Part shown: positions 17,324 to 28,356 of the stretch, piece by piece | Layout: every line of letters begins with the position of its first letter | Position numbering within the stretch: position 1 is the first letter of the stretch | Origin: a virus | Taxonomy: Duplodnaviria; Caudoviricetes | IMG/VR virus record: IMGVR_UViG_3300043411_001711 | Coordinates: 1-55,958 of that record | DNA length: 55,958 nt | Strand: one strand, 5' to 3' | Translations under genes and position numbers: made by a program | The notes under the pieces: generated by a model | The model's database searches: none | What the model was told of the DNA's origin: nothing | What the model saw: only the letters and a program-made list of their open reading frames with translations

Positions 17324-18696
17324 AACATCGCGTCGATAATGTCCCGTCGCTTCCCACGTTCGTCGATCAACTTCTGCTCCACCGTCCCTCTGGACACAAG
17401 GTGGTAGAAAATCACTTCGCGATCCTGCCCAGGGCGATACTGCCGAGCCATCATCTGGTCGAAGTCGCCGGGACTCAACAGGCCACTGTTCAGCACGACG
17501 CCAATTCGAGCCCGAGTCAAGTCGATGCCGGAACTCCCCGATTTACACTGCACACCCATCACGTCAATGTCGTCGGGCATCTTTGCATGCGGAGTCAGAT
17601 CCTTCCGAGCCCCGGAGATCTCCCCGTACCGAAGACCAGCGATCTCGCAGCATCGCTGGACGACTTCAAGGTCATGCTTAAACCATCCGTAGACGCAGAC
17701 CGGTTCACCAGCGTCCATGATGAGATCAAGCAGCACCTTGCGTTTCTCAGAGTCAGTCTGATGATTTGTCTTCGTCTCGTCGGTGACGTACCCCTGGGCG
17801 AGCTGAAGCAGACGCAGGAACTGCACAGCGCCATTACTTCCGACTGCCGTTGCGATGTCGACGCCTTCGCCGACTTGTTTTTCGATCTCAAGGATCGAAT
17901 CCTTCTTCATCTGCTTGTAGGCCTTCATCCCGGCGGGACTCATCGCCACGTCGACCTGAATGTCCTGCCGGCCAGGAAGAACCAGCACCTCGGACCCGAT
18001 GAAGTGCCGGTACGGAGCAATCTTCGCAGCGAGCTCATCCAGACGAATCCACTCCTTCACAGCGTTCGGGATATACGGGTTCATGATCGCATAGTGGTTC
18101 CGGAAGTGCGTCCAGTACTTTCCGAGAACACGATCATCCAGCACACGCATTTGTGCAAAGGCATCGCCGGGATCCTTCGGCATAAACGTACCAGTGAGCA
18201 GCGTTCGCCCGCCGAAACGCTTGTGCCCCATCTTCCAGGCCTCTTTGGAGCAGGTTGCACCATGGGACTTCAGACGATGCGATTCGTCGTCGATCATCTT
18301 GTCCCATGTGACAGACAGAATCACCTTCGCGAGTTCCGGTCTCCAGAACGTCTCGTAGTTCACGACGACAATCAGAGGCACACGACGACTCTGCTGAAGC
18401 CGAATCGCTTCCGCAACCATCTCAGCCTTCTTTGCCGATGGCTGCTTTCCGTCGAGGATCAGGAGTTCAAACTCACCTGGAGCATGCAGAGTAAACTCTC
18501 GGCGCCAGACACCGAGCACTGACGCAGGACAGAGAATCAAGGTTCTCCCTGTCGGATGGGCAGCGACGTGCCGAGTGTGCTGCACTGCGATGAAGGACTT
18601 GCCAGTCCCCATCTTCGCTTCGAGGAGAGTGTTCGCCTGGCTGTTTAGGAACTCAATCGCCGGCGGCTGATGAGACCATGTTTGCTTCGTTGACAT
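17290..18696 (-). CDS. SF2 (SNF2-like) helicase/ATPase
   Basis: MGTGKS, DESH, LTGT, GIDLT and Q..AR.YRPGQ motifs. Confidence 0.9.
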   Translation of the reverse strand: MSTKQTWSHQPPAIEFLNSQANTLLEAKMGTGKSFIAVQHTRHVAAHPTGRTLILCPASVLGVWRREFTLHAPGEFELLILDGKQPSAKKAEMVAEAIRLQQSRRVPLIVVVNYETFWRPELAKVILSVTWDKMIDDESHRLKSHGATCSKEAWKMGHKRFGGRTLLTGTFMPKDPGDAFAQMRVLDDRVLGKYWTHFRNHYAIMNPYIPNAVKEWIRLDELAAKIAPYRHFIGSEVLVLPGRQDIQVDVAMSPAGMKAYKQMKKDSILEIEKQVGEGVDIATAVGSNGAVQFLRLLQLAQGYVTDETKTNHQTDSEKRKVLLDLIMDAGEPVCVYGWFKHDLEVVQRCCEIAGLRYGEISGARKDLTPHAKMPDDIDVMGVQCKSGSSGIDLTRARIGVVLNSGLLSPGDFDQMMARQYRPGQDREVIFYHLVSRGTVEQKLIDERGKRRDIIDAMLCEIKEEETPW

Positions 18697-19719
18697 TGGA
18701 TGCTTTTGTTAACGATAAAGTGAAAGTGCTATGGTTATCCGCTGTTATTCCAGCCCCGGCTGATCTGCCTGCAGTTCAATGTATTCCGGAACAGCAGACT
18801 CCAGCAACGCAAGCTCCTCATTGCCGCCGCGCCGCCAGATCCGATTCTTAATCATCATCGTCAGCTCTGGCGTCTCCGTGGAATAGCACTCCTGCTGCTC
18901 TCGCTGAGCAATGGCCAACCACGCAACGTCGATTTGCTGACGTGGTGACAGTGTTTCGAAAATCATTTTGTTTTCCCTTGCCGATCGGAACCACAGCCCG
19001 CGGCTCACGCAATCGGCTGACCTAGACGTTTTCGCTCTCGCTCTATTGCCCTTCCGATCTTGTATGACCACATATCGGCAATACCTTGAATCGGTTGGAT
19101 TCCAACATCGTCGCGAGACAACACAAACTCATAGCCCCACGCCCTGCCGACAATCATCGTTTGTACGCGAAATTGCACGTCATGAAGATGGTTCATCATC
19201 ATGACTTCTGTGTCCGGCAATGAGTTTACCAACTCAAGAAACACCATCGCCGCCGACTTGTAAAACTTTTCATCTGTCATTCTCGCGCCTCTCGGAACTC
19301 GTACCCTCTGCTCAATTCGAACCCACAGCGGTTCTTCGAACATCGTAACAAACTGGGCATAATGCCAGCCGTTCAACACCATCACGCCACCGCTCAATGA
19401 AATGAGGATGGAGCTCGCATTTGCAGTCCGCACACTCGCAAGTGTCGTCGGCTGCATGATTCTGCAAACAGTAATCACATTTCGGCGGACCAATCGCTCG
19501 CCAGTGTGCTGGAGGCGTTGAATAGTCCCAGCAAATCTCTCGCGTACCAAGCATACCAAACCAAAGCCCGGACCATTGAGCCCCGTCCCACGCCATGCTG
19601 TGCGTTATTACAGGGTTCTGATCGCTTTCAGTTCTACGATCGTTCCGTCCTTTGGTGCCGTTTCGATCGGTTTCCAGTCGCTCATAACTCCCCCAATTCA
19701 AACGCGGACAGTCACACCG

Positions 19720-20076
19720 CTAGGCGCTTTCAAACTTTGCCTTGAGCTTTTCATATTCTTCCCGCTCTTCCTTGAGCCTTCCGGCCTCTCGGTCCTTCTT
19801 GTCGTTCTCGATTCGCTCAATTGCCTTCTCACCGATTAGCCTGTTATCGCGAAGAAACTTGATGCCAAAGCCTTTGAAAAACAGCCATTTGTCTGAGTGA
19901 TCGTCGTACGTATTGACGTAAGCCTCATCGTCATCGCAAGTCGCTTCAATTGTGGTGAATTTGTCACCTGACAGCAGCATCAAAACGAACTCGTTCTTGA
20001 TGTGGACTGACTCAATTGTGAGCCCCGTCAGGTTGTCATACTGTGCGTCAACGTGCTCGCGAATCTTCGTTTCCAT
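19720..20076 (-). CDS. Hypothetical protein
   Basis: ORF with GGGG SD in the leftward early arm. Confidence 0.55.
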   Translation of the reverse strand: METKIREHVDAQYDNLTGLTIESVHIKNEFVLMLLSGDKFTTIEATCDDDEAYVNTYDDHSDKWLFFKGFGIKFLRDNRLIGEKAIERIENDKKDREAGRLKEEREEYEKLKAKFESA

Positions 20077-21420
20077 AAATCCCCCCGCCTAGAGCTAGTG
20101 TGCTCCGCTGCTCATCGAACCTTTTTAAGCTGGACGGAAACCGCTCGCATCCAGCCGCTACTGCCCTCAATTAGTGCAGGAAACTTCTGCCGAACCCTGC
20201 GTTTTGCCTCGCCGAGTCGTTTCATTTTCTTCAGAGAATCAAGCTCTCCAAAACACCACATCTCGAAACCCTTCCCGCGCCTAGCGGAGTGCAGAACCGA
20301 TCCTCATCGAACCGTTGAATACATGCACTCCGTCATCAACAGATGGCGACCATCGACCAACCGGATAATCCCCATGAAAGGCTCGACGATATCATTCCGG
20401 ACGATTTCGCCGTCAATCGTGCGATCCCCATTGTACCGAAAGCAAACCCGCACCTTCGTCCCTGGCGGATTCACTGTCGATTGCTTTGGGAACTCTTCGT
20501 AGTCAATGCCAGCACAAACACCCATCGAACCAACTCCAAAAAGACTAGAGGACTACCGAAACGATCGTCAGCGTGTGCTGATATCGGACCACAATCTACC
20601 GCCTGACAAATCTTTGACGCACCACGGGCAGACGGTTTTCCCGAGTCGCGTTCTCCAGCCTTTCAGCCGCATCCCGTGGATAAACTTCGGCTTTGATGGC
20701 TCTGGCTCTTTGTGCCACACCGAGCACCGCTCGCACCAGATTGTTTGGTCTGTCGTCACTTTCATCTTCTGACTCCAGCGCCCAGCGGACCAACATCTCT
20801 GTTACTCGTGCTCTCGCATTGCTTCCAACTCGAGCAGTTTTTTCGACAGCAGTTTTATTCGCTCACTCTGCCGGAATGCGTGCCAAGACAGGCCACCAAT
20901 CACGATCATATTGAGCAGATAATGCCCGCACTCAAATATCAATTCCAGCATTTTACAGACTCCAAACACCAACAGCGGTCACCACGCCACGTTTACTAAA
21001 TGCCGGTCTCTCCCGGCTGTCGAGTGTCGTGGGATACCGAAAAACGCCGCAAGGCAATCGGCGGAACCACAGGCCACAGGGAACCTTTCCCATTGTTTCA
21101 ATACGCTCGGAATCGACATCCACTTTCACTCTGGCGTCACTCGCGACAATGCGATTGCCAGCATCTTTCCAAAAAACTCGGCCCGCTTCTTTGTGGTCTG
21201 CTCGACCACAGAAAAACCCTGATGATCGATCTGCAGGTACGTGTTCCACTTGTCGCCCATCTTGCGGACGCGAACGTACTTCTTTTTCATCCGAGCTACG
21301 AGGGCTTTGTCTGGTTTCATGATCTCACCTGCCATCGGTAATTGACTCCGCTCTCACTTGCCGCACGTTTTGTTATTCATGATACTCCCCGCGCCTATCG
21401 GTATTTCTATCCGCTGTTGA

Positions 21421-21834
21421 TTACCCCGCTGCGATCACGTCCGCAGAAGGCACACTAACTGGCGGCCACACACCGAGCTTTGCCCAGTCCTCATTGACTT
21501 TCCAGTCTGGATGAGTGACGCAATGAGTTCGAATCAAAGCCTGCTCTGCCAACCACTCCAGAACAGCAGGCTTCTTTTCCTTGTAGGCTTCCGTCTGGAT
21601 CTTCCTCAGCCATGCCCGCAGCCGCTCGACCTCAATCATCAACTCTTCTTCTGCTGCCGTCCTGCTCGGACTGATGCGTCCTGACTCGACTTGGCGAATG
21701 ATCGGCCAAAACTCCGTGCTTGGCGTGTCTTTTACGTATTGCCACGGAGTGCCATCTCCGCCAATAGACCATTCACCAGTCGCTGGCTTGCCGATTCTGA
21801 CGAACTCCCAACCATCTGGAACACCTTCGACCAT
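21421..21834 (-). CDS. Hypothetical protein with G.PDGWEFVRIG N-terminal domain
   Basis: GGAG SD; N-terminus similar to 30217-30612. Confidence 0.6.
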   Translation of the reverse strand: MVEGVPDGWEFVRIGKPATGEWSIGGDGTPWQYVKDTPSTEFWPIIRQVESGRISPSRTAAEEELMIEVERLRAWLRKIQTEAYKEKKPAVLEWLAEQALIRTHCVTHPDWKVNEDWAKLGVWPPVSVPSADVIAAG

Positions 21835-21897
21835 TTCAATAACTCCAGTGTTTTTAACGTTTCATTTGAGGAGAGGATTTCCAGCCCGCTGTTGATT

Positions 21898-22758
21898 TCA
21901 AACCCACGGATGCGGTTTACCGGCCTCAATCGTGAAGCCCGCCGCCCCGGGATGACCACCGCCGCCGAACCGTTTTGCAATCGCTGAGCAATCCACATTG
22001 GATTCCTTCTGTGATCGCAGCGAATAAACTTTCGCCCCGTCCGCTCGCTCAAACCAGCAGCAACCAACGCCTGTCTCCTTTGCCAATTCGCCGGCAGTCT
22101 CTGACACCATCGTTGTCGCGTTGCAGGCCATCCACTTTGGATTATGCGGTTCACGGTGAACCGTCACCTGGTGAGCCTGCTTTACCTTTGCCTCAACAGT
22201 CTGCTGCTGATCCCGCAGAATCGCCCGCCCGCCCTGAATGAATCCATCTCGGACAATGTCAGCGTCCTCGTCGATGAATGAATTCCAGACCGCGAAATCC
22301 ATTGGGTATGACCGCAGGCAGGCATTCACTGCGCGAGACTCCGGAAGCTGCCACAGCCACAAGTCTCGATCCTCGGTGTACTGAATGATCCAGTTCGGCT
22401 GCTCACCGCATTCTGTGACTCGCTCGCCCTTGATTGAGGTCTGGATGTATTCCCACGTCAGGCGGGCTCCAGACTTCCGCATATCGAATCGGCAGAACGG
22501 CAGGCCATCCAGTTCCGCTTGTGCCGTCTTGTGGTGGTCCAGAACAACCAGCACAGATGCCGCCGCGTTCATCGCCAGGAGCGTTTTGCGTGGATACGAG
22601 AAGTCGACCACGTAAACAATCTTGCCCGTCACATCTGGCGGAGTGTCGCCATAGTGGGCCGGAACGAATTGAGCGTCCGGAAATTCACGCCACAGCAACC
22701 ACGCTGCACAGAACCCGTCAGCACATCCAGCATGGTAAATAACGATTCGATCAGACAT
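21898..22758 (-). CDS. DHH/DHHA1 family phosphoesterase (oligoribonuclease NrnB-like)
   Basis: YH..CADG, VDFS, LDHHKTA, DRDLW, SLRS, GGGGHPGAAG. Confidence 0.9.
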   Translation of the reverse strand: MSDRIVIYHAGCADGFCAAWLLWREFPDAQFVPAHYGDTPPDVTGKIVYVVDFSYPRKTLLAMNAAASVLVVLDHHKTAQAELDGLPFCRFDMRKSGARLTWEYIQTSIKGERVTECGEQPNWIIQYTEDRDLWLWQLPESRAVNACLRSYPMDFAVWNSFIDEDADIVRDGFIQGGRAILRDQQQTVEAKVKQAHQVTVHREPHNPKWMACNATTMVSETAGELAKETGVGCCWFERADGAKVYSLRSQKESNVDCSAIAKRFGGGGHPGAAGFTIEAGKPHPWV

Positions 22759-23070
22759 AACTTGCCCCATGAGCAGCGGCATCATCCCCGCCGCAAAACC
22801 CCTGTAAATTCTTCACATCCGCCATCTCGACCACCGGGACAGCGGAACCCACAACCGCTGTTGATTTTTATTCTCTGGAGATGACCATTGGTGATTCGCC
22901 AGCATCCACCGACTTAATCATCATTGCACCAACATCATCACCAGCCAGCGGAACCACAAACACGGCATCAACCGGCTCTTTATTGGCGAGCATTGCCCGC
23001 AGATCATCAGCTTTCAATTGCATCGTTTCTCCTTTGTTTTTGCGCCTACCGGATTGTTTAACCGCGTGTC

Positions 23071-23338
23071 TTATTGACCGTCAGCGAGTTCTTCCGCCGC
23101 ATCCGAAATCACGTCCAGGTGGGCAACGATTTCCCCCAGTTTGCCGATCTGCTTTTCAGTGAGTTCGTTTCGTCGAACCAAAGCAGCATTGGCCAATTCA
23201 GCCAGTTCATTCGCTCGCTTCAGCGGCTTCGAATTGACGGTCATGTCCCAAATGCACTTAAACGCGATGAACGACATCAAGCCGATTGATCCGCCCAACG
23301 TTGTCCCAAGTCCCCAGATAAACGCAGTCCAAAACATG
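23071..23338 (-). CDS. Membrane-anchored coiled-coil protein
   Basis: TM helix followed by a coiled coil; start position approximate. Confidence 0.45.
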
Positions 23339-23429
23339 CCAATCTCCAAAAGTAAAAGCGATACCACTTTTTCAAACAAAACCCAACGAATTCCGCATTT
23401 CTCAAATGAGCAGCGGAACGGAATACCAA

Positions 23430-23612
23430 TCACAGTTTCGTCTTCGCACCATCCCGCTTGATCGCCTCGTAAACTTCAAGGCGATGCACAGCGACTCCCG
23501 GAGGAGCGTCGATTCCGATGCGGACCTTGTCTCCGCGGATCTCAAGAATCATCACGCGAATGCTTTCGCCAATGCAGATCACTTCGTCCGTCTTCCGGCT
23601 CAAACACAACAT
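23430..23612 (-). CDS. csrA: Carbon storage regulator CsrA homolog
   Basis: ML.LSRK..E.I.IG..I.V..LEIRGDKVRIGIDAP..V.VHR.EVY; AGGAG SD. Confidence 0.92.
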   Translation of the reverse strand: MLCLSRKTDEVICIGESIRVMILEIRGDKVRIGIDAPPGVAVHRLEVYEAIKRDGAKTKL

Positions 23613-23787
23613 CGCACACTCCTTTATTCAAGCCACTCCGGCCATCCGTACGCCAGGCAGTTCATGAGAACCACAACGCCAGCGAAGCAGCCGAACACAA
23701 ACAAAATCGAAAACGCATTCATGGATATATCCTCTACGATGTAGAAACAATTGTCAACAGAACTTTCGGCAAATTATTCGAACTGTC

Positions 23788-23816
23788 TTGAATCTCTTTC
23801 AGAGACGGTGTAGTGT
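23788..23816 (+). promoter_or_regulatory. Sigma70-like promoter at the divergence point
   Basis: TTGAAT-17-TAGTGT; an opposite-strand TTGACA lies at 23752-23757. Confidence 0.5.
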
Positions 23817-23846
23817 TCGGGGTTCGAATCCTTTCTGGAGGCTCCT

Positions 23847-25571
23847 ATGTCAGTGTTGGACGGCGTCTTGAATCTGGCCTCGCATGGCCTCTTCCCAGTG
23901 CGGTTGCACTACCCGATTTTTCGCGAAGACCGTGTTTCCTGCAGTTGCGGGCGTTCCGACTGCAAAGCTCAGGGAAAGCATCCTGTCGGTGTTCAGTGGG
24001 GAAAGTCAGCGACCGACGAAGAAGATGTTCTTCGAGATCAATGGGGCAGTGAAAAGTGGAATGTCGGAATTATCCTGGGTCTCTGTCACGGAATTCCAGC
24101 CGACCGAGCGATCATCGATATCGAAGATGACACCCTCGAAGGCCGGGCCCTCGCTGACACGCTGCTCGCTGATTACCCGACGCCCACGTACACCTCTGGC
24201 AAGTCGCTGCATCGTCTCTATCGCTGGTCCGAGGCACTGCCACCCGTGGCCAATATGACCATCAGTGGCCTCGAGTTCCGCTTCGGCGGCAAGGGCAAGG
24301 AAACCCAGTCGGTCGCTCCTCCGTCGAAACACTACACGGGCGCCGAATACCGATGGCTCGAAGGGAAAAGCCTCGACGATATCACCATCGCGGAGTTACC
24401 CTCTCATGTCGTCGAGTATCTCTGTGAGCAGTACGCTCGAACGAACGCTGCGGCTCCCGCTGGCAGATCGGCGAATGAGGCCAGAAAGTTCCGGTCACCT
24501 GCTGGCAAGATCGGCCCAGGTAACCGACACCACAGTCTTCTGACGGAGGCGAACCGGTTGTGGCGCATCGCGTTTCAGCTCCACGGAATCAACGGCATCG
24601 ACGAACAGGAGGTCATCGACCAAGTGTGGAAGTGGTTGGAGGGGGCGAACTACACGACCTGCGATCCGCCGAAGGAAGTCCAGGAACTGGAGGTGATCTT
24701 CCAGAGTTCCCAGAAGTTCATGCGAGAAGAGTTTCTGCAGGAACTCGAAGACAAGGAGGAGATGACGGCTCCCGCGGAGGACAGTCACGAGAAGTCGTTC
24801 GGGGCGTACCTGCGGGACACGAAGATTCGCCTGCAGTGCGACACTCGGTACGCAACCACAGATACCTCGGCAGACCGAATCGACGAATGGATGGCGGACT
24901 GGCAGTTAACGTACGTCACGAAGGAAGAAAAGGATCTCATGGAATTGACGATCGCCGGCATTGAGAAGGCGATCCCAATTGAGACCTACGACTTCGACCG
25001 ACCGACGCTCTTTGCGAGACGAGTACAGGCCGAGACGAAGAATAAAATCGTCCTGGACAAGAGCTTTCCGTTCTGGGACTGGAAGTCCATCTGGGAAGGA
25101 CGACCCAACGACAAGAAGAAACAGAACGGAATCACTCGGGGACTCAAAGAATTCCTCATGAATACCGCGAAGGTCGTTGAACGCGAAGAGTCCGACCTGA
25201 ACATGCAGATTGAAGACGTCCTCGTCGCTCTGGCAGGCCCGAAGGATGCCCTTGTGGAACGCTACAAGGCCTCGCTGGAGACTGGGATACTGAAGCATGT
25301 CGGTCGGCTGAAGTTTGCTCCAGGCACACACGACCTCACGACGCAGTCGCTGCCAGAGGATCCCTCGACGGGATACTACCCGACGGACAACTCCGTGGTT
25401 CTCGCGGTGAAATTTGACGAACTCAGCCGGAGATATCGCAGTTCGTTCGGCGGCACCGTCACGAACAAACAGCTCGCGGAAGCCGTTGAAAAGTTGGGGA
25501 TTGTCGGCGGTCGGCACTCGTTTGGAGGAAGCCGGAGTCGATGGTTTGTGCGAGAAGAAGAAAAGTTGTAG
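23847..25571 (+). CDS. Bifunctional DNA primase/polymerase (Prim-Pol) with PriCT-like domain
   Basis: CSCG...C..GKHP, NVGI, IDIED, HRLYR, VAPPSKH; GNRHHSL. Confidence 0.88.
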   Translation: MSVLDGVLNLASHGLFPVRLHYPIFREDRVSCSCGRSDCKAQGKHPVGVQWGKSATDEEDVLRDQWGSEKWNVGIILGLCHGIPADRAIIDIEDDTLEGRALADTLLADYPTPTYTSGKSLHRLYRWSEALPPVANMTISGLEFRFGGKGKETQSVAPPSKHYTGAEYRWLEGKSLDDITIAELPSHVVEYLCEQYARTNAAAPAGRSANEARKFRSPAGKIGPGNRHHSLLTEANRLWRIAFQLHGINGIDEQEVIDQVWKWLEGANYTTCDPPKEVQELEVIFQSSQKFMREEFLQELEDKEEMTAPAEDSHEKSFGAYLRDTKIRLQCDTRYATTDTSADRIDEWMADWQLTYVTKEEKDLMELTIAGIEKAIPIETYDFDRPTLFARRVQAETKNKIVLDKSFPFWDWKSIWEGRPNDKKKQNGITRGLKEFLMNTAKVVEREESDLNMQIEDVLVALAGPKDALVERYKASLETGILKHVGRLKFAPGTHDLTTQSLPEDPSTGYYPTDNSVVLAVKFDELSRRYRSSFGGTVTNKQLAEAVEKLGIVGGRHSFGGSRSRWFVREEEKL

Positions 25572-25589
25572 AAAACTGTCCACAAAGTA

Positions 25590-25618
25590 TTGACGGAAGT
25601 CGGAAGGGTCGATAGAGT
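25590..25618 (+). promoter_or_regulatory. Sigma70-like promoter
   Basis: TTGACG-17-TAGAGT; shares GGTCGATAGA..GG.TGGA with the promoter at 37793. Confidence 0.55.
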
Positions 25619-25626
25619 GGGTGGAG

Positions 25627-26240
25627 AAATTGAGTTTCACACCATTCACGGAGATCAGCGATGCCGAAGAAATCAAAGAAGCCAATTGATCCAGAGATTG
25701 TGAGTCTTGCTGCTCATGCGTTGAACTGCGAGTTCAGCCGACTCTTCCGAGAGCTTGTCGAGAAGATCACCGTCGCGGCTCGCTGCTTCGACGAAGACAC
25801 AAAACAGGAAGTTGAAGACCGAATGTGCGACGACGCAAATGTCGCAGCCGTTGGCTTTATTCCATTCACTAACAAGGAAGCCAAAGACCCACTGCAGATC
25901 ACTGGAAAGTCAGGGAACACGTACAAGACGATTCTTGATGCTGTCTCCGCAAAGACCCCGGAGGAAATCTTCATTAACGGCATCAAGTACTTCACGGTAA
26001 AAGACGGCGAACTCTATTGGGCACAGTAGGAGCAAAATGAACACTGCGAAGATAACGATTTACGAAGTTATGTACGGAGAATCGCTAGATAATGTCGCTT
26101 CTAAGATAATTGCAGGAAACTACGAGACGCTCAAGGCTTTCCGAAAACAGTGGAGACACGTTTCTGTTGTCTCGGTAACAGATGTCGAAGTGCGAAAAGA
26201 AATGCACGGGCAAATTGAATTTCACACCATTCACGGAGAT
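25627..26240 (+). repeat. 29-bp direct repeat pair (25627-25655 and 26212-26240) flanking two genes
   Basis: AAATTGA(G/A)TTTCACACCATTCACGGAGAT, one mismatch. Confidence 0.9.
25661..26029 (+). CDS. Hypothetical protein
   Basis: SD within the repeat. Confidence 0.65.
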   Translation: MPKKSKKPIDPEIVSLAAHALNCEFSRLFRELVEKITVAARCFDEDTKQEVEDRMCDDANVAAVGFIPFTNKEAKDPLQITGKSGNTYKTILDAVSAKTPEEIFINGIKYFTVKDGELYWAQ

Positions 26241-26565
26241 TGATGATGCAAGTTCGAGTTCTTATAAAACTGGAAGACGTCCCAGAAAACGCAGTCGTCA
26301 CAAAGAAGACCGGAACGAAGCCATACGCCGTCCGAAGAAAGATCACGCTGTACTCAAAGACCGGCAACGTCTCGAATCATGAATTTGAAGTTCGAAATGG
26401 ATGTGCAATTCTTATTGATCAAGAGACTGGGAATGGATCGATTTACCCAGAAACGACAGAGGTCGTTTGGCACACAACGCTCGACGCACTTTGCGAAATC
26501 GAAGCGATGAAAGACTCAAAGTAATCCCTGTTTTCACTTCCATCATTTTCCCCAAGGAGTATCCC

Positions 26566-26958
26566 ATGGCATCCTTTGCCGTCGATCGAAATAGCATGAA
26601 CCGAGGCACCGGCGAGAAGTCGGGCGTCTGGATCTTCGAGGAGTTCATGTTTGCCGATTCCGTCTTTGGCCGCGCTGTCGTCGAGTACGACGCGACCGCT
26701 GTCCGAGTGAAAAACGAAGATCGCGAAGTGCGGGCGTTGATCGCTCCTCCGCTTTACGACATGCAGATCAGCGGCGTGAAGGTGACTATCGCCGAAGCGT
26801 ATGACGACGATGGGAATACGGTGTGGTCGCTGGCGATGGTGGCGAATGCGAAGAGCGAGCAGGTTCAGAAGTGGCGGGACGAAGCCGTGCAGATGATTCT
26901 GGATGCATTTGCTGCTGTTCAGTCGGAAGTCATTGACTTTGAAATGGGATTGATGTGA
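26566..26958 (+). CDS. Hypothetical protein
   Basis: AAGGAG SD before MASFAVDR. Confidence 0.6.
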   Translation: MASFAVDRNSMNRGTGEKSGVWIFEEFMFADSVFGRAVVEYDATAVRVKNEDREVRALIAPPLYDMQISGVKVTIAEAYDDDGNTVWSLAMVANAKSEQVQKWRDEAVQMILDAFAAVQSEVIDFEMGLM

Positions 26959-27416
26959 CGCAGCTTGCCAGACGCGAAATCACCTGGGCGAAGGGGTATT
27001 CGATGGACCAGAAGGGCCAACTCTTCGGGCCTCCCATCAAGTCGAAGAAAGGTCTCACGACGTATCCCATCCTGCCGACGACGTCCGAGCCATCCAAGTC
27101 GGGACTGCGGTTCCTGGCCTATACCATCGGCGAGCAGAACTACTTCGTCTGGAGACTGCTCAGCGAAACATGGCATGGGTCCAAGATGATCCTGAGTCGC
27201 AGTGGAAACCCGATGAAGTGGGACGACGTCATCACGCTGGAAGGGTTGTCGTCGTGGGTGATCTCGGACCCAGATCAAATTCAATTTCTGTGGTGCAGTT
27301 ACTGCAAGGGAATGACCTGTCTGCAGTTGTCGAAGATCCCGATGGGACCGAAGTTATTTACTGAGAGTGAAGTGAAGTCCGTTATCAAAGATATTTTAGT
27401 ATCGGGGATACGATGA
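26955..27416 (+). CDS. Hypothetical protein, possibly a degenerate NUMOD4/HNH-type
   Basis: YSMD.KG and FVWRLLSETW resemble the VHRLVAEAF context, but catalytic residues are missing. Confidence 0.35.
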   Translation: MTQLARREITWAKGYSMDQKGQLFGPPIKSKKGLTTYPILPTTSEPSKSGLRFLAYTIGEQNYFVWRLLSETWHGSKMILSRSGNPMKWDDVITLEGLSSWVISDPDQIQFLWCSYCKGMTCLQLSKIPMGPKLFTESEVKSVIKDILVSGIR

Positions 27417-27855
27417 GAAATTTCGATCATAAGTTCAAAATTGGCGACTGTGTTTTGATCCCAGATGAAGGACCGAAACACTGGTGGGTCGTTGGTGTTT
27501 TCTGGAGACCACTGCTCGGTTGCTTCGAATATTTCCTAAGAAGGTCAATGCACGGCGGCGACCAGTCAGGGCCAACAAATGAGTCCCGCCTTGTTAAGGC
27601 AGAGGACCAAGTATGACACGTCGCATCGTCGTCAAACCCGTCGAAGGAGGCTTCGAACTCCGCACCGAACGCGGCTTCGTCCTCGGGCAGCGACTGTACT
27701 CCGTCGCTCCCAAACCCGGATCGGTCTACCCGCGAATTCCGGAAGGCCCACTGTCAGAACACGAGGCGAGGAAACTCGCTCTCGACTGGAACGTCTACTT
27801 CGCCTGGGCCGAACAGAAGAAACCAAAAACGAAGTCGCGTATTGCGGATTGATTG

Positions 27856-27884
27856 TTGACACAATGCGGAATTTTAGATACCAT
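27856..27884 (+). promoter_or_regulatory. Sigma70-like promoter
   Basis: TTGACA-17-TACCAT. Confidence 0.6.
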
Positions 27885-27902
27885 CTGTCACGGAGGTGCT
27901 TT

Positions 27903-28205
27903 ATGGAAACAGTCGAAGTGTGTCCTGAGTGTGATCGCGAAATCCTGCTGGTCGACGGGAAGCAGGTCACGAGTTGTGTTCATCGTCCGCTGGACTTCAT
28001 CAGCTTCCTCGAGTCGCTGACCGAGGAGTTCACGCTGGTGCGACGAGAAGTGCCATGTCCGAAGTGCAAGGCGACGATCAGCTTCAACCACGTCGCGACG
28101 ACGGAAGCGGTGGAGCGGTCGGTGCACTGCACGTCGTGCCTGCATGCGAACTGCGTGGTCGTCGAGGGAGTGAAGCCCGATGGCTGCGCCGCACCGCAAG
28201 AATAG
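27903..28205 (+). CDS. Zinc-ribbon protein
   Basis: CPEC, CPKC, CTSC; GGAGG SD. Confidence 0.65.
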   Translation: METVEVCPECDREILLVDGKQVTSCVHRPLDFISFLESLTEEFTLVRREVPCPKCKATISFNHVATTEAVERSVHCTSCLHANCVVVEGVKPDGCAAPQE

Positions 28206-28356
28206 TCCATGGTTCAAGCATCCCGCTGGATTCGGCTGGAAGTGCCAGGCCTGTGGAATTGCGAATAGCCCGAAGATCCGTCGTTGCAGGAAGTGTCGCC
28301 TGCTGAAAGTTCACACGATGGAAGACCGGATTCAGATGATGGAGAAGCAAGGATGA
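28180..28356 (+). CDS. 58-aa RanBP2-type zinc finger protein (not in the ORF track)
   Basis: WKCQACGIANSPKIRRCRKC; GAGGGAG SD; ATGA coupling to the next gene. Confidence 0.7.
   Translation: MAAPHRKNSPWFKHPAGFGWKCQACGIANSPKIRRCRKCRLLKVHTMEDRIQMMEKQG

Noticed and set aside
19720-20076. C-terminal ESA as a glycosylation tag
   Set aside because: Non-structural early gene with no Ser-rich context; probably chance
23817-23835. GGGGTTCGAATCCTT T-loop-like motif as a tRNA
   Set aside because: No acceptor or D arm; it sits in the promoter/leader of the primase gene
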